Part shown: piece by piece, positions 20,888 through 35,854 of the stretch
Layout of the letters: each line of letters opens with the position of its first letter
Position numbering within the stretch: the first letter of the stretch is position 1
Source of the DNA: the human T2T-CHM13v2.0 reference genome, Homo sapiens
DNA length: 64,000 nt
Direction: 5' to 3' (one strand)
Assembly (NCBI RefSeq): GCF_009914755.1
Contig: NC_060944.1
Translations under genes and position numbers: made by a program
Notes under the pieces: model-generated
What the model saw: the letters and a program-made list of their open reading frames with translations, nothing else
Told to the model about the DNA's origin: nothing
The model's database searches: none

Positions 20888-23025
20888 TAAAACCATCCTC
20901 ATAGGGATTTGTGGAACTTCAAACTTGAGAGAGATGATTTCGGGTATCTGGTGGAAGAAATTTCTAAGCAGCAAAGCATTCAAGAGGAAGCAGAGCATGG
21001 AAATTTGGAAAATTTGCAGCCTGAACATGGAATAGAAAAGAAAAACCCATTTTCTGGGGAGAAATTTAAGCCTGCTGCAGAAATTTGCATAAGTAACGAG
21101 GAGCCAAATTTTAACCTCCAAAACAATGGGGTAAGGTCTCCACGGTATGTCAAAAACCTTCATGGCAGCCCCTCCCATCACAGGTCCAGAGGCCTAGGAG
21201 GGAGAAATGGTTTCCTGGGCTGGGCTCAGGGACCCCTGCTGTGTGCAAAATAGGGACTTGGTGCCCTGCATCCCAGCTGCTTCAGCTGTGGCTAAAAGGG
21301 GCCAGAGTACAGCTCAGTCTGTAGCTTTAGAGGGTGTAAGCCCAAGCCTTGGCAGCTTCCACATAGTGTTGAGCCTGCAGGTACACAGAAGTCAAGAATT
21401 GAGGTTTGGGAACCTCTGCCTAGATTTCAGAGGATGTATGGAAATGCCAGGATGTTCAGGCAGAAGTTTGCTGCAGTGGTGGAGTCCTCATGGAGAACCT
21501 CTGCTAGGGTAGTGAGGGAGGGAAATGTGGGGTCAGAGCCTCCACACAGAGTCCTTAATAGGGCACTGTCTAGTGGAGCTGTGAGAAGAGAGCCACCATC
21601 ATCCAGACTCCAGAATGGTAGATCCACCAACAGCTTGCACCATGTACCTGGAAAAGCCACAGAAATGCAGTGCCAGTTTGTGAAAACAGCCAGGAGTAGG
21701 GGACAGTACCCTGCAAAGCCACAGAGGTGGAGCTGCCCAAGGCTGTGGGAACTTACCTCTTGCATCAGTGTGACCTGGATGTGAGACATGGAGTCAAAGG
21801 AGATCATTTGGGAGCTTTAAGGTTTAATGACTGCCCTATTGGATTTCAGATTTGCATGGTGTCTGTAGCCCCTTAGTTTTGGCCAATTCCTCTCATTTGG
21901 AATGGGTATATTTACCCAGTGCCTGTACCCCCATTGTATCTAGGATGTAACTAACTTGTTTTGATTTTACAGGCTCATAGGAGGAAGAAACTTGCCTTGT
22001 CTCAGATGAGACTTTGGATTTGGACTTTTGGGTTAATTCTGGAAAAAGCTAAGACTTTAGGGTACTGTTGGAAAGGCATGATTGTGTTTTAAAATGTGAG
22101 GACATAAGATTTGGGAGGGGCCAGGGGTGGAATGATATGGTTTGGCTTTGTCCCCACTCAAATCTCATCTTGAATAGTAGTTCCCATAATCCCCATGTGT
22201 TGTGGGAGGGATGCAGTGAGAGGTAATCGAATCATCGGGGTGGTTTCTCCCATGCTGTTCTTGTGATAGTAAGTGAGTTCTCACAAGATCTAGTGGTTTT
22301 ATAAGGACCATCCCTTGTAAGGGTTTTCCCCCTTTGTTCAGCACTTCTCCTTCGTGCCTCATGTGAAGAAGGATATGTTTGCTTCCCCATCCACCATGAT
22401 CGTAAGCTTCCTGAGGTCTCCCCAGCCCTGCAGAGCCATGAGACAATTAAACCTCTTTCTTTTATAATAATAATAATAATAAAACCATCCTCATAGGGTT
22501 AACAAGAATTTAGATGCCAGGTTTGGGGCAGAAATATAGTTATAATTAAGCATTAATCAGGCTGCACTCTGGCCCACTTCCTTAAACTGAAAGTCATGCA
22601 GCTCAAGATACTGACTGTTTAAATCCCATTTTCCCCATAGATAGGACTTCTGATGTTAGAATCATTAGGCTTTTGTTTAAGAATTGCTCAAGATATTCTT
22701 CATATCCTGAATTCCATCAGGAAAGGCTGATGCCAATGAGTTTGAAGACCCCACGAGGAACCAAATCAGCATGAGAATGCAGTTTCTTCATCTCCCTGTC
22801 CTATGACTTCACCCTGCACTCTTCCACCAATCAACAATCCCCACATCTCAGCCCTTTCCAAAGCCCTTAATATCCGTAGCTCCAAATTCCTTAGGTTGGT
22901 GGATTTGAGGTTTCTTCCCACCTCCTCATTTAGCTCTCCTATGATTATTAGACTTTTTCTCTGCAGCAATCCCCCTTGTCTTGTTATATTGACTTGCCAG
23001 GCATTGGGCAAACGATCCTGTTACA
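20888..23025 (+). mobile_element. MER4-group ERV1 solo LTR (host of the THE1 retrocopy; body 22481-23025)
   Basis: Reverse-complement homolog of the 7760/15099 LTR; ends ctgttaca; flanks tgtc/tatc. Confidence 0.7.
20907..22480 (+). mobile_element. 5'-truncated THE1 internal region plus 3' LTR cut at its poly(A) site, with (TAA)n tail: likely L1-mediated retrocopy
   Basis: THE1-int 20907-22132, PPT, LTR from tgatatgg at 22133 ending aattaaacctctttcttttataa; (taa)n tail; 18-bp TSD aaaaccatcctcataggg at 20889-20906 and 22481-22498. Confidence 0.85.
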
Positions 23026-23079
23026 TATCCACTGAGCCATATGTGGAAGCCTCGGCCAGTGCCAGTCAATATCAAGGAA

Positions 23080-23496
23080 TTTGGTCCATTTCTAGATAAG
23101 AATTTGGGGTTGTTGATTAGTTGGGATAAGGGGAAGGAAATCATCAGGATGTGGAAACTGCATTCTTTGGTGACTCAGCTCCTGTGAGGTCCTTAAGACC
23201 AGCTGGCATCAGTAGTTTCATTGGTATGCAGAAACTGAAAGAGTATCTCAAATGGAAAAGTTAATGTTTTATAATGTTGAAGTTGTTATCTATAGAGCAG
23301 CTAAGGGGAAGGATCATCTCGTAACAGGGTTCATGTAATCCTGAGTCGATAGGCCCCAGACAGCTGTGAGGAAGTGGATCAGAGAGCAAGCGGACCTCAT
23401 GGTCAATGCTGAGTGTGCTGCAAGCTTGGTTTATCTTCATTTCTCCCCCTTCCTTCTTTCCTGATTAATTTTATAAAGTCTATAGGGACAGTTTCA
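23080..23496 (-). mobile_element. MER4-group LTR fragment
   Basis: ...gctgcaagcttggtttatc...ctatagggacagtttca terminus. Confidence 0.55.
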
Positions 23497-23649
23497 CCAC
23501 TTAGATGTTCCCATCCCTCCTCTGCTGTCATCTCTCTAGGCTGGAACCCCATTGTGCATGGGCTCAGCATACCCTTTGGCCAGATAATGGGAATGGTGGT
23601 CTGTTCCCACCTGCTCCCACCTCTGTAGCGACTTTTCTCTAGCAATTAA

Positions 23650-25070
23650 CCCCTCTCTTTCCTGTGCCATCAACTGTCCCCATAAACCAACTCCTCCCCA
23701 GCATTCAAACATCTCCCCCATCTTAAAAAAACAAAACTGATCTTGATTCCCATTCTGGAAGCGGCCCCTTCCCCTCCTCCCCAAATAACTAAACTTACTT
23801 AAGAGTGCCCTGCATCCAGCCTGCATTCCCTCCTCACCCAGCAGAGCTGCACCTGTGGAAAGCAGGCTGCAGCTCTCGTGTTCCACCGCACCCTGCTGCG
23901 GCCCTGTCCACAGACCATCTGATTGGCACCCGACAGTGTACATACCCCAGGACTCATTACCCTCCTCCTTGAAACTTCCTCTGCTGCGTTCGTTGCTGCC
24001 ATGTTTTGTGTTCTTCCTGCCTCTCTGGTTTCTTCTTCAGATGCATGGCTGGTTTCCTCTCTGCGCATGAGCTTCAGTCCTGCTCTCTCTCTCTTTTCTT
24101 TTGCTCCTTAGCAGTACTTTATCCCTGGGTTCCAAGTGTCACCAATGTGCTGACAACCACTGGGCTTAAATTTCCAGTGCAGCCAATCCCCTGAGCTCTG
24201 AACGCATCCTGCCGACTGCCTGCCTCGCATCTTCCACTGGAAAATGGCACTTCTCTCCACGTGAGTGTGAACCTACACTCCTACCTTCCCTCACCCCTGC
24301 ACCCAAACCCTCAGCAACCCCTGCACCTGCTCCCTCTGAAATCTCCTCTGCCAGCGGCTTCTCCTTACATCCACTGTCACTACTCATGTCCAGAGCACCG
24401 GCATCTCTCCCTCGACCTCCACAAGCCTCCCAGCTTCCACTCCTGCCTTCTCCAAACCCCACACAGCCCTTGAGCCACCCATGGTCATCATGTCTCTTTC
24501 TTGCCCGAAGTCTTCAGTGGATTTCCACTGGCTTTCACTGAGAGCTCTAAGTCCTGAACATGACCTCCGAGGCCTGGCATCTGCTGCCATGGGCCCCCTT
24601 TCTTGCTGTTCTCATGTCCTTACCCCTTTGTCACTGTGTCCAGCCACACTGACCTCCTTTCAATTCCCTGAACTCACAGAGCCCTTTCTCCTGGTCAGGA
24701 CGGTGCTCCCTCTGCTCCCTCTGCTTGGAGCAGCCTCCCTCCCATTCTCTGGCCAGCTCACACCAACTCCTCTCTAGGTCAGTGCCATAAATACCCATCC
24801 CCAGGGAGGCCTTCCCTCCACCCCAGCATGCATCTCACCTTCCATTGTGATCTCTTGTCACACCTCAGCTTCTCCCTCTCAGCATGTATTACATTTTGCA
24901 TTCTGAAATGTTCATTTGTGTGAATCATTGTTTAATATCTATTTCTTCCACTTAACAACAACCTAAGGGCAGGGGTGATCCTGTCTGTTTTCACCATGAC
25001 TATAACCCCCTAGCTTTCAGAATAGAAATAGGCACAGAGTAGGGGTTCAATAAATTTTTTTGAATGAGTA
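23650..25070 (+). mobile_element. L2 relic with 3' end
   Basis: Pyrimidine-rich L2 ORF2/3' sequence ending ggcacagagtaggggttcaataaatttttttgaatga. Confidence 0.65.
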
Positions 25071-25140
25071 CTAAGTATTCTGCAGTAACAGATAAACACA
25101 CAGACACACAGATGCTTATTAAATACAAAAGCCTGATTGC

Positions 25141-25962
25141 CTGTTGTAGCTGTTGGTGACCCACCCAATCTCTTTCACTGTTCTGGAGTCCGCATCCTCC
25201 CAGCTGCTGTGTGTATCGGCTTCAAATGTCTCACAGCTGCCCTGCTTCTTTGGGGAGCTGCCCTCAGCAGAGGAGAGCTGCCTGGCTGGCAACCCTCAGC
25301 GCCATGGATGGCAGGCCTGCCCCTTGCCTCCCGGTAGGGTCAGCAGGACAGGGAAGGGGAAGGCAGCCCTGCAGTGCTGTTCATGCTCCAGGGTTCCCTA
25401 TCAGTAGGCTGACGCTAGACATGCCTAAGCCCACTTCTCTCCCTCTCGTGCTCCCATAACCAGTATTTCTTGAGAGTTCTCCCACCGTAAGCCACTTGAA
25501 CAAGAAACTCTGAAGTGGGGCATGGTGGCTCGTGCCTGTAATCCCAGCAATTTGGGAGGCTGAGATCATTTGAGTGGATCGTTTGAGCCCAAGAGTTGGA
25601 GACCAGCCTAGGCAACATAGTGAGACCCCTGTCTCTACAAAAAAAATTTTAAAAATTAGGTGGGCATAGTGGCACATGCTTGTAGTCCCAGCTACTTGGG
25701 AGGTTGAGGTGGGGGATCACTTAAGCCCAGAAGGTCAAAGCTGCAGTGAACCATGATCATGCCACTGTACGTCAGCCTGCAACAGAGTGAGACTCTTTAT
25801 TAAAAGAAAGAGAGAGAAGAGAGACACAGAGAGAGAGAATCAAGAAAGCAAGAGAGAAAGAAGAGAAGAGAAGAGAAAAGAAGGGAGGGAGAGAGGAAGG
25901 AAGGAAGGAAGGAAAAAGAAACTATGTCCCAGGTTCTGCTTCTAGGAAGTCCAGTAAAAAAC
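25141..25962 (+). mobile_element. ERVL LTR16-like LTR, split by AluJ
   Basis: tgttgtagctg...ccacttgaacaagaaact | aggttctgcttctaggaagtccag. Confidence 0.5.
25516..25920 (+). mobile_element. AluJ with GA-rich tail
   Basis: Alu body followed by a (GA/GGAA)n tail; TSD aagaaact. Confidence 0.9.
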
Positions 25963-27119
25963 ACTTATAATGGGGAAGAAAATATATGTGGCATCAGGGA
26001 TGAGAGGGAGAAATTAAACGAAACAAAATGAGAGAAAAGTCTTGTACCAGCGCATGTGCCTAAGAATTGAGGTGAATGAGTCAAATCTCGCATCTTTTAT
26101 CCTTCCTTGGAATTATTGAATTAATAAATGGGAGAAGAGAAAGAAGGAGTGGAAGAGAGGAGAGCAGAGTGGAGGACAGCAGAGGATTTCTCTTTTAGTG
26201 CCCCTAGGAGGTCATGATGTGTCCCATGAAGCCAGAAGGGGTCTGCTGGTCCCCAATCCCTTAATGGAATCTCAGCCGCTTCTAAAGGAGGAAAAATGAA
26301 CATTAGTTCCCTAAGCCTCCTTTGCCTTGGAGCCAACCAGCATGCCCTGTGTTCTACAACATAATCCTTTGCTAATCACTAGCTAGGGCACTAGGTAAAG
26401 CAGTTTTTCAAATCCTGGCTGGAGCTCATGGCATTTGAGATATACAAATATGTTGCCATGGTGACACACTGACAGATTAATTACTGAAACCTCCAGGAGT
26501 AAAGCTGCTTTAATGGTGTAACCTTAGTGGATAGGAGCTTGTGGGGGGGTGGGGGGGTGGGGGCGTGTAGTGATTCACAGCCCTCTCAGCACAAAGTTGG
26601 GGCCAGCAGATCTGGGGCTAGAGGTAGGTGGAGCAGCCACAACCCTTACCTCACACCAACATTTCCTGGAGCCCTGGGCTTCCTGAGTCTGTCCTGCCTC
26701 TAGAAATGGAATCTCTAACCCCAAAGCTTGTCCTTGAAAAATACCTGCATCATCCTTTTATCCACGCCTTTGCCAGTCATTATGCAGCCTGCATCTCTGC
26801 ATGATTAATGAGCAAATCCTCACAGCCACTCCCACTTCCCCCACCACTAAGCTCTTCTTAGCTGGAAAATCCTCTGAAGCTATTGGCTAGCAGGGCTCTG
26901 CCCAACAAGAGTATTAATGTTAGGCATATGATTCCTCAAAGGAAGAGAGAAGAAAAATATTCGGGGACAAACACAATGGATGCAGATCTCATCAGGGAAC
27001 CCAAGGTAGAATCTAGCCCACATTTTTAAGTTAACAAGATTAGAAAATTATGTAATTCTCACAAATAAGCTTGTCCCTTAAAATCCACAATAGACTTTTA
27101 CAAATTCAGGTGGGTTCTT

Positions 27120-27382
27120 TGGCCCAGGCTGGAGTGAAATGGCATAATCTTGGCTCACTGCAACCTCCACCCACTGGGTTCAAACGATTCTCCTGCCTCA
27201 GCCTCCCGGGTAGCTGTGATTACAGGCATGCACCACCATGCCCAGCTAATTTTTGTATTTTTAGTAGAGATGGGGTTTTGCCATGTTGGCCAGACTGGTC
27301 TCTAACACCTGACCTCAGGTGATCCGCCTGCCTCGGCCTCCTGAAGTGCTGGGATTACAGGCATGAGCCACCTTGCCTGGCC
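27120..27382 (-). mobile_element. AluS lacking 3' end and poly(A) tail
   Basis: 14-bp TSD tcaggtgggttctt at 27106-27119 and 27383-27396; no T-tract. Confidence 0.9.
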
Positions 27383-28249
27383 TCAGGTGGGTTCTTATAT
27401 GAGCCTTGGTGGCTCTCATTTCTCCCAAATGATGAGCTGAGATGAAGGCATATATATCTTTGACTGGTTATGGAGTTGAGATATTCACAGTAAGTTTGCA
27501 ATAATAACAGAAGCGACTATTACCACACCTCAGTGGAAACGGAGTTTTCCAAAAAGCCACAATTTCAGATAAACCTGACTCTAAGTGGGAAAAGAAATAA
27601 GACATTAAAGGAGATATTTCGAAGCTTTAGAAAGGCATTCGAAAAGTTTTTGAGCCCATCTAACAAGCATCTCTTTGTGTTTTGTCTCCTTTCTCTAATA
27701 TTTAAATGTAATTTTGATGTCTGCCAGATTAAATTATCCATTGACCAATTTATGTCATTAAACTTAAATGCTATAATTATCCTTAATAAGTATAACTACT
27801 AGCCTGTTTTTGCTTAATGGTTGTAAAGTTTTATGCCTTTTAATAATCCTCCTACAGGTTTGAAGTTTGTGTTTCTCAGATAGCTGAAATTCTGCTCTGC
27901 ATAGTGTCAAACCAGATCAAAGAGTCTCGCTTTGTTCACGAGAACAATATGAGCTTGAAAATGCGGGGTTGGAAGAAAAAACACACCAGAAAATGATGTT
28001 CTTTCAAGAAAACTGGCAAACCAAGAAAATCCTACACAAATTTTGCAAAAAGAAGGCTAATCTAGAATACGTTTTTCTCTACATACACAGTTCAAGTGCA
28101 ATTAAAAAAAGAATTTTTTTCAGCATTAAGTTTATATAAAATGGGCCCTCTTTTTATTCCATGTGCTTCATAATCTTCTTTCTCAGGGATATTTAGAGTT
28201 GGATTTTTGCAGATGATGCCCTGTTCTCTTCATGTCACAGCATGCGTTT

Positions 28250-28722
28250 TTGTTTTTTGTTTTGAGAGCCAGGGTCTGCCCAGGCGCGGTGATTCATGTC
28301 TGTAATCCCAGCACTTTGGGAGTCCAAGGTGGGTGGATTGCTTAAGCTCAGGAGTTCAAGACCAGCCTGGGCAACATGGCAAAACCTCATCTCTACTAAA
28401 AATCCAAAAATTAGCCAGGCATGGTGGTGCACGCCTCCCAGCTACTCTGGTGGCTGAGGCAGGAGAATTGTTTGAATCCGGGAGGTGGAGGCTACAGTGA
28501 GCCAAGATCGCACCATTTCACCCCAGCCTGAGCAACAGAGTGAGACCCTGTCTCAAAAAATAAATAAAATAAAATAGGGAGTTGGGGTCTGGCTCTGTCA
28601 CCCAGGCCAGAGTACAGTAATGCAATCATAGCTCACAGCAGCCTCAAATTCCTGGGCTCAAGCAATCTTCCTGCCTCAGCCTCTCCTGTAGCTTGCATTA
28701 CAGGCATGAGCCATCTCACCCA
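28250..28722 (-). mobile_element. Alu monomer (FRAM/FLAM-like) split by a + strand Alu
   Basis: ttttgagagccagggtct | ggctctgtcacccagg...attacaggcatgagcca. Confidence 0.65.
28277..28580 (+). mobile_element. AluS/J
   Basis: Full dimeric Alu with (taaaa) tail. Confidence 0.9.
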
Positions 28723-29003
28723 GAAAACAACATACACTTTTCATTCCAGATTTTACATCTCTCCACTCTGGGTTATTTTTTTGCTTTGGTTCTATCTATT
28801 GAGGTGTCTTATTTTCAACTAAGTGTTGTGTTTAGGAACTTCTTTTTGTGGGTGAATGTTTATACTAACTCCCATCCTTAACCCAGAGTGGGATTAAGAC
28901 TTTTTTCTTCTTTTTTTTCCCCTTACTTATATGGCATCAAAAACAAAAGCAAAAATAAATCTTGGAGTAGTACAGAGAAACCTGATTCCAAAAGGTCATC
29001 ATA

Positions 29004-29218
29004 CCAGCCTGGGTAACACAGCAAAGCTCTGCCTCCACGACAAATACAAAAATTAGCTAGGTGTGGAGGTACACACCTGTAGTCCTAGCTCTCTGGGAGG
29101 CTGAGGTGGGAGAATCGTTTGAGTCTAGGAGTTTGAGGGTGCAGTGAGCTATGATCAGACCACTGCACTCCAGCCTAGGCAACAGAGTAAGACCCTGTCT
29201 CATACAAAAACAAAAAAG
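29004..29218 (+). mobile_element. 5'-truncated AluJ
   Basis: accagcctgggtaac...gaccctgtctc followed by A-rich tail. Confidence 0.85.
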
Positions 29219-29390
29219 ATTATTGTAAAGGTGAAGGAAACTGGCTATTACAATAGGAAGAACTCTCTAACCATAAGATCTGCAAATGTCTCAAGAGTTA
29301 AGCAAAAAGGGGTTTTCTTTTATAGGGAAGAGAAAATGAGGCTAGAAAGTGGGGTAAATGGAAGTGTCATGATCAGAAAACAGATCAGCA

Positions 29391-29847
<457 letters not shown>

Positions 29848-29964
29848 TTAAGAAGGGTTTTGTTTTGTTTGATCAATAGGGACCTGCTGCTCAGCCAATC
29901 ATTTATGAGGTAAAGAACAGGAATTTGGCAGGTTCGTATCTGGCTTTTTCTAGGTAAACAAGGG

Positions 29965-30294
29965 CAGGGGTCCCAAGCCCCTGGGCCACGGACCAGTACC
30001 AGTCTGTGGCCTGTTAGGAACCGGGCCCCACAGCAGGAGGTGAGCAGCGGGCCAGCCAGCACTACCACCGAGCTCCACCTCCTGTCAGGACTTTAACTTC
30101 TCACAGGACCACGAGCCCTATTGTGAACTGTGCATGGGAGGGATCTAGGTTGCACACTCCTTATGAGAATCTAACTAATGCCTGATGACCTGAGGTAGAG
30201 CAGTTTCATCTGGAAACCACTGCCCCCACCCATCTGTGGAAAAGTTTTCTTCCATGAAACTGGTCCCTGGTGCCAAAAAGGTTGAGAACTGTTG
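29965..30294 (+). mobile_element. MER1B (hAT-Charlie MITE)
   Basis: caggggtcccaagcccctgggccacggaccagtacc...ggtccctggtgccaaaaaggttgagaactgttg; approximate 8-bp TSD. Confidence 0.9.
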
Positions 30295-30849
30295 AACTAA
30301 GGGGCATCCATGACTCTTATCTATGTTATATGTGGAAGGGGGGGGGGTTCATCTTCGCAGTACATGCCTTTTGTTTCCCAGAACACAAAAGTAGGGGGAT
30401 TTCTTAACCCTCACTCTTTTCCAAGAGTTACAGGGTACTCTTAGGTAAGGTTTAGTGTTGTCAGTGACCACATTCAAGACCAGACTTCAAGAGGCCCAGA
30501 ACACATTATGTGATGGTTTGCTGGTCTAGAAGCAAAAGAGAGCATCTATGTTGGCAGAAAGAGTGAACAGGGTTGTCCTATCTGGGGCATCAGCCTTTAC
30601 TCATGCCTCTTCTGCCTCCTCCGTAGTTCCACAGAAGCAACAATGAGCTACCTGTGAACTGGAGAAAACTGACAATCTAGATTCTTTCCATTCTGCAGCC
30701 TACTTTCTATAACCTTATTAGTTCATAACACAATAATCTCATTTTAGAATTTCATTTATCTCTCATTAGTCACTGCTTTCAGAAAATAGCAATTTACCTG
30801 TCTATAAAAATAATGCATTTTTATCATTGACTATGTAGACATAATGGGA

Positions 30850-31465
30850 AGGATAACATCAGCAAGATGGCCAAGTAGGAAGCCCTGGACTCTCCTTCTC
30901 CCAGTGGACACAGCTCAACAACGGTGCATGGACAAATTCCCTTTTCGAGGAATTCAGAAACTCATTGAGAAGCTCCTGCGCCCTGCATGAACATGAAACC
31001 AGCCGCATTGAAGCCAGTAGGAAAATTCAAAACACACTCTCATTGTAATCCCTACCCCAACACATCACCATACCATCAGAAGGAAACCATCTGTTCCCAG
31101 CTTCTCCCTAGGAGAAGAGTTGAAGCAGGTACCCAGCCTTCCAACTTTTCCAGGGGCTGCTCAAGGGATAGATTTCTGTCTCTTCTGTCTTAGAGCACTG
31201 ATGAGACCTAGTAAAATCAAGATGCTTTGGGGGCCTCTAAGAACAAAGCACAAAGGTTTGAGAGGCCCCCAAAATCTCTGGGCAGACTGACTGATGAGGA
31301 TTTCCTCCTGCATAAGTTCAGTCGTGAAGGTAGGGAAAGGTGGCTGCATTTTCTAATGCATAGATACTGACACAAAAACTCAAGGAAAATGAAGAAACAG
31401 GGAAATATATTCGGAACAAAGCAACAGGATAAATCTCCGGAAACAGTCTCAATACGATGGAGATT
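30850..31465 (+). mobile_element. L1M (MA/MB-type) 5'UTR and ORF1 start
   Basis: catcagcaagatggc 5' motif; MKKQGN-type ORF1 N-terminus at 31389. Confidence 0.6.
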
Positions 31466-33144
31466 CAAGCACGCCTCATTTTATTGCACTTTATTGCATT
31501 TTGCAGACACTGTGTGTGTTTTTTGTTTGTTCGTTTGTTTACAAATTGAAAAAAAAAAAAAGACTCTGCATTAAGCAAGTCTAGCAATGCCATTTTCCCA
31601 ACAGCATGTGCTCACATAATGTCTCTGTGTCACATTTTGGTAATTCTTACACTATTTCAAACATTGTCATTATTCTTATGTTTTTCATGGTGATCTGTGA
31701 GTGATAATCTTTGATGTTACTGTTGTAATTGTTTTGGGGTACCACAAACCATACCCACATAAGATGGCAAGTTTAATTGATAAATATTGTGTGTGTTCTG
31801 ACTGCTCCACTGACCAGCCATTCTCCCATCTATCTCCCTCTACTGGGGCGTCCCTACTCCCTGAGACACAACAATATTGAAATTAGGCCAATTAATAATC
31901 CTACAATGGCCTCTAAATGTCCAAGTGAAAGGAAGAGTCCCACATTTCTCACTTTAAGTCAAAATCTAGAAATGATCAAGCTTAGTGAGGAAAGGATGAC
32001 AAAAACCAAGACAGGCTGAAAGCTAGGCCTCTTGTGCCAAACAGTCAGCCAAGTTGTGAATGTACAGGAAAAGTTCTTAAAGCATATTAAAAGTGCTACT
32101 CCGGTAAATATATAAATGATAATAAAGCAAAGCAGCCTTATTGCTGATATGGTGAACGTTTGAGTGGTCCAGATAGAAGATCAAAGCAGGAAAAACATTC
32201 CCTTAAGCCACAGCCTAATCTAGAGCAAAATCCAAACTCTCTTGAATTCTTTGCAGGTTCAGAGAGGTAAGGAAGTTGCAGAAGAAAAGTTGGAAGCTAA
32301 CAGAGGTTGGTTAATGAGGTTTAAGTAGGAAAACTGTCTCTGTAACATAAAAGTGCAAGGTGAAACAGTAAGTGTTGATGTAGAAGCTGCCTCAAGTTAT
32401 CCAGAAGATAATTAAGATAATTGATGAAGATGGCTACACTAAACAACAGATTTTCAATGTAGATGAAAAAGCTTTCTATTGGAAGAAGATACCATCTAGG
32501 ACTTTAACAGCTAAAGAGGAGAAAGCCAATGCCTGGCTTCAAAGTTTCAAAGGATGGGCTGGACTCTTGTTATGGACTAATGCAGCTAGCGACTATAAGT
32601 TGAAAGCAATGCTTATTTACTATTCTGAAACTCCTAGAGCCCTTAAGAATTATGCCAAATCTACTCTGCCTGTGCTCTAAAAATGGAACAGCAAAGACTG
32701 GATGACAGCACGTCTGTTTACAGCATGGTTTACTGAATATTTAAGCCCACAGTTGAGACGTACTATTCAGAAAAAGAGATTGTTTTAAGTATTACTCCTC
32801 AGTGGCAATGTTCCTGGTCAACCAAGAGCTCTGATACAGATGTACAAAGAAAGTAATGTTGTTTTCATCCTGCTAACACAACATTCATTCTTCAGCCCAT
32901 GGATCAAGGAGCAATTTCAACTTTCAAGACTTATTATTTAAGAAACATATTTTGTAAGACTATAGCTGCCATAGATATTGATTCCTCTAATGGATCTGTG
33001 CGAACTAAATAGAAAATCTTCTGGAAAGAATTCACCATTCTAGATGCCATTAAGAAGATTTGTGATTTATGGGAGAAAATCAAAATAGCAACATTAACTG
33101 GAGTTTGGTAGGATTTGATTCCAACCCTCATGGATGACTTTGAG

Positions 33145-35263
<2,119 letters not shown>

Positions 35264-35345
35264 TCATGATCAAACTTGAATAGATGAGGAGTTACTTCTT
35301 ACAGATAAGCAAAGAAAGCAGTCAATCCACACTAAGACATATTCT

Positions 35346-35490
35346 ATAGATGCTCATTGAGTTATGATGGGGTTACATCCTGATAAATCCATCAGAAGTT
35401 GAAAATATCACCAGTCAAAAATGCATTTATTGCTGGAAACACTGCAGACAGTCTTTGATTATGATGGCTCAACTTATGATTTTTTGATGA
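35346..35490. mobile_element. Tigger3/5-type MITE fragments
   Basis: gatgctcattgagttatgatggggttacatcctgataaatccatc...aaaaatgcattta. Confidence 0.55.
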
Positions 35491-35560
35491 GCCAGAGCAA
35501 TTACTTAGTCAAGAAAAAGAAACAAAAGGCACCCAAAACTATCTCTGAAAATAATATGAC

Positions 35561-35854
35561 TTTTTTTTTTCTTCAGATAGAGTCTTGCTCTGTCATCCAG
35601 GCTGGAGTGCAGTGGTGTAATCTCGGCTCATTGCAACGTCTGCCTCCCAGGTTCAAGCGGTTCTGCTGCCTCAGCCTCCTGAGTAGCTGGGATTACAGGT
35701 GCATGCCACGAAGCTCAGATAATTTTTGTATTTCTAGTAGAGACAGGGTTTGGCCGAGTTGGCCAGTCTGGTCTTGAACTCCTGACTTCAGATGATTCGC
35801 CCACCTTGGCCTCCCAAAGTGCTGGGATTACAGGCATGAGCCACCACACCTGGC
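35561..35854 (-). mobile_element. AluS
   Basis: Reverse-strand dimeric Alu. Confidence 0.93.

Noticed and set aside
20873-21807. Several 100-126 aa ORFs, with look-alikes at 34313-35060
   Set aside because: Decayed MaLR internal sequence shared by THE1 and MST elements, not a gene duplication.
31906-33144. Domesticated Tigger transposase (TIGD-like gene)
   Set aside because: In-frame stop by 32019 and many later disablements; interrupted by MSTA.
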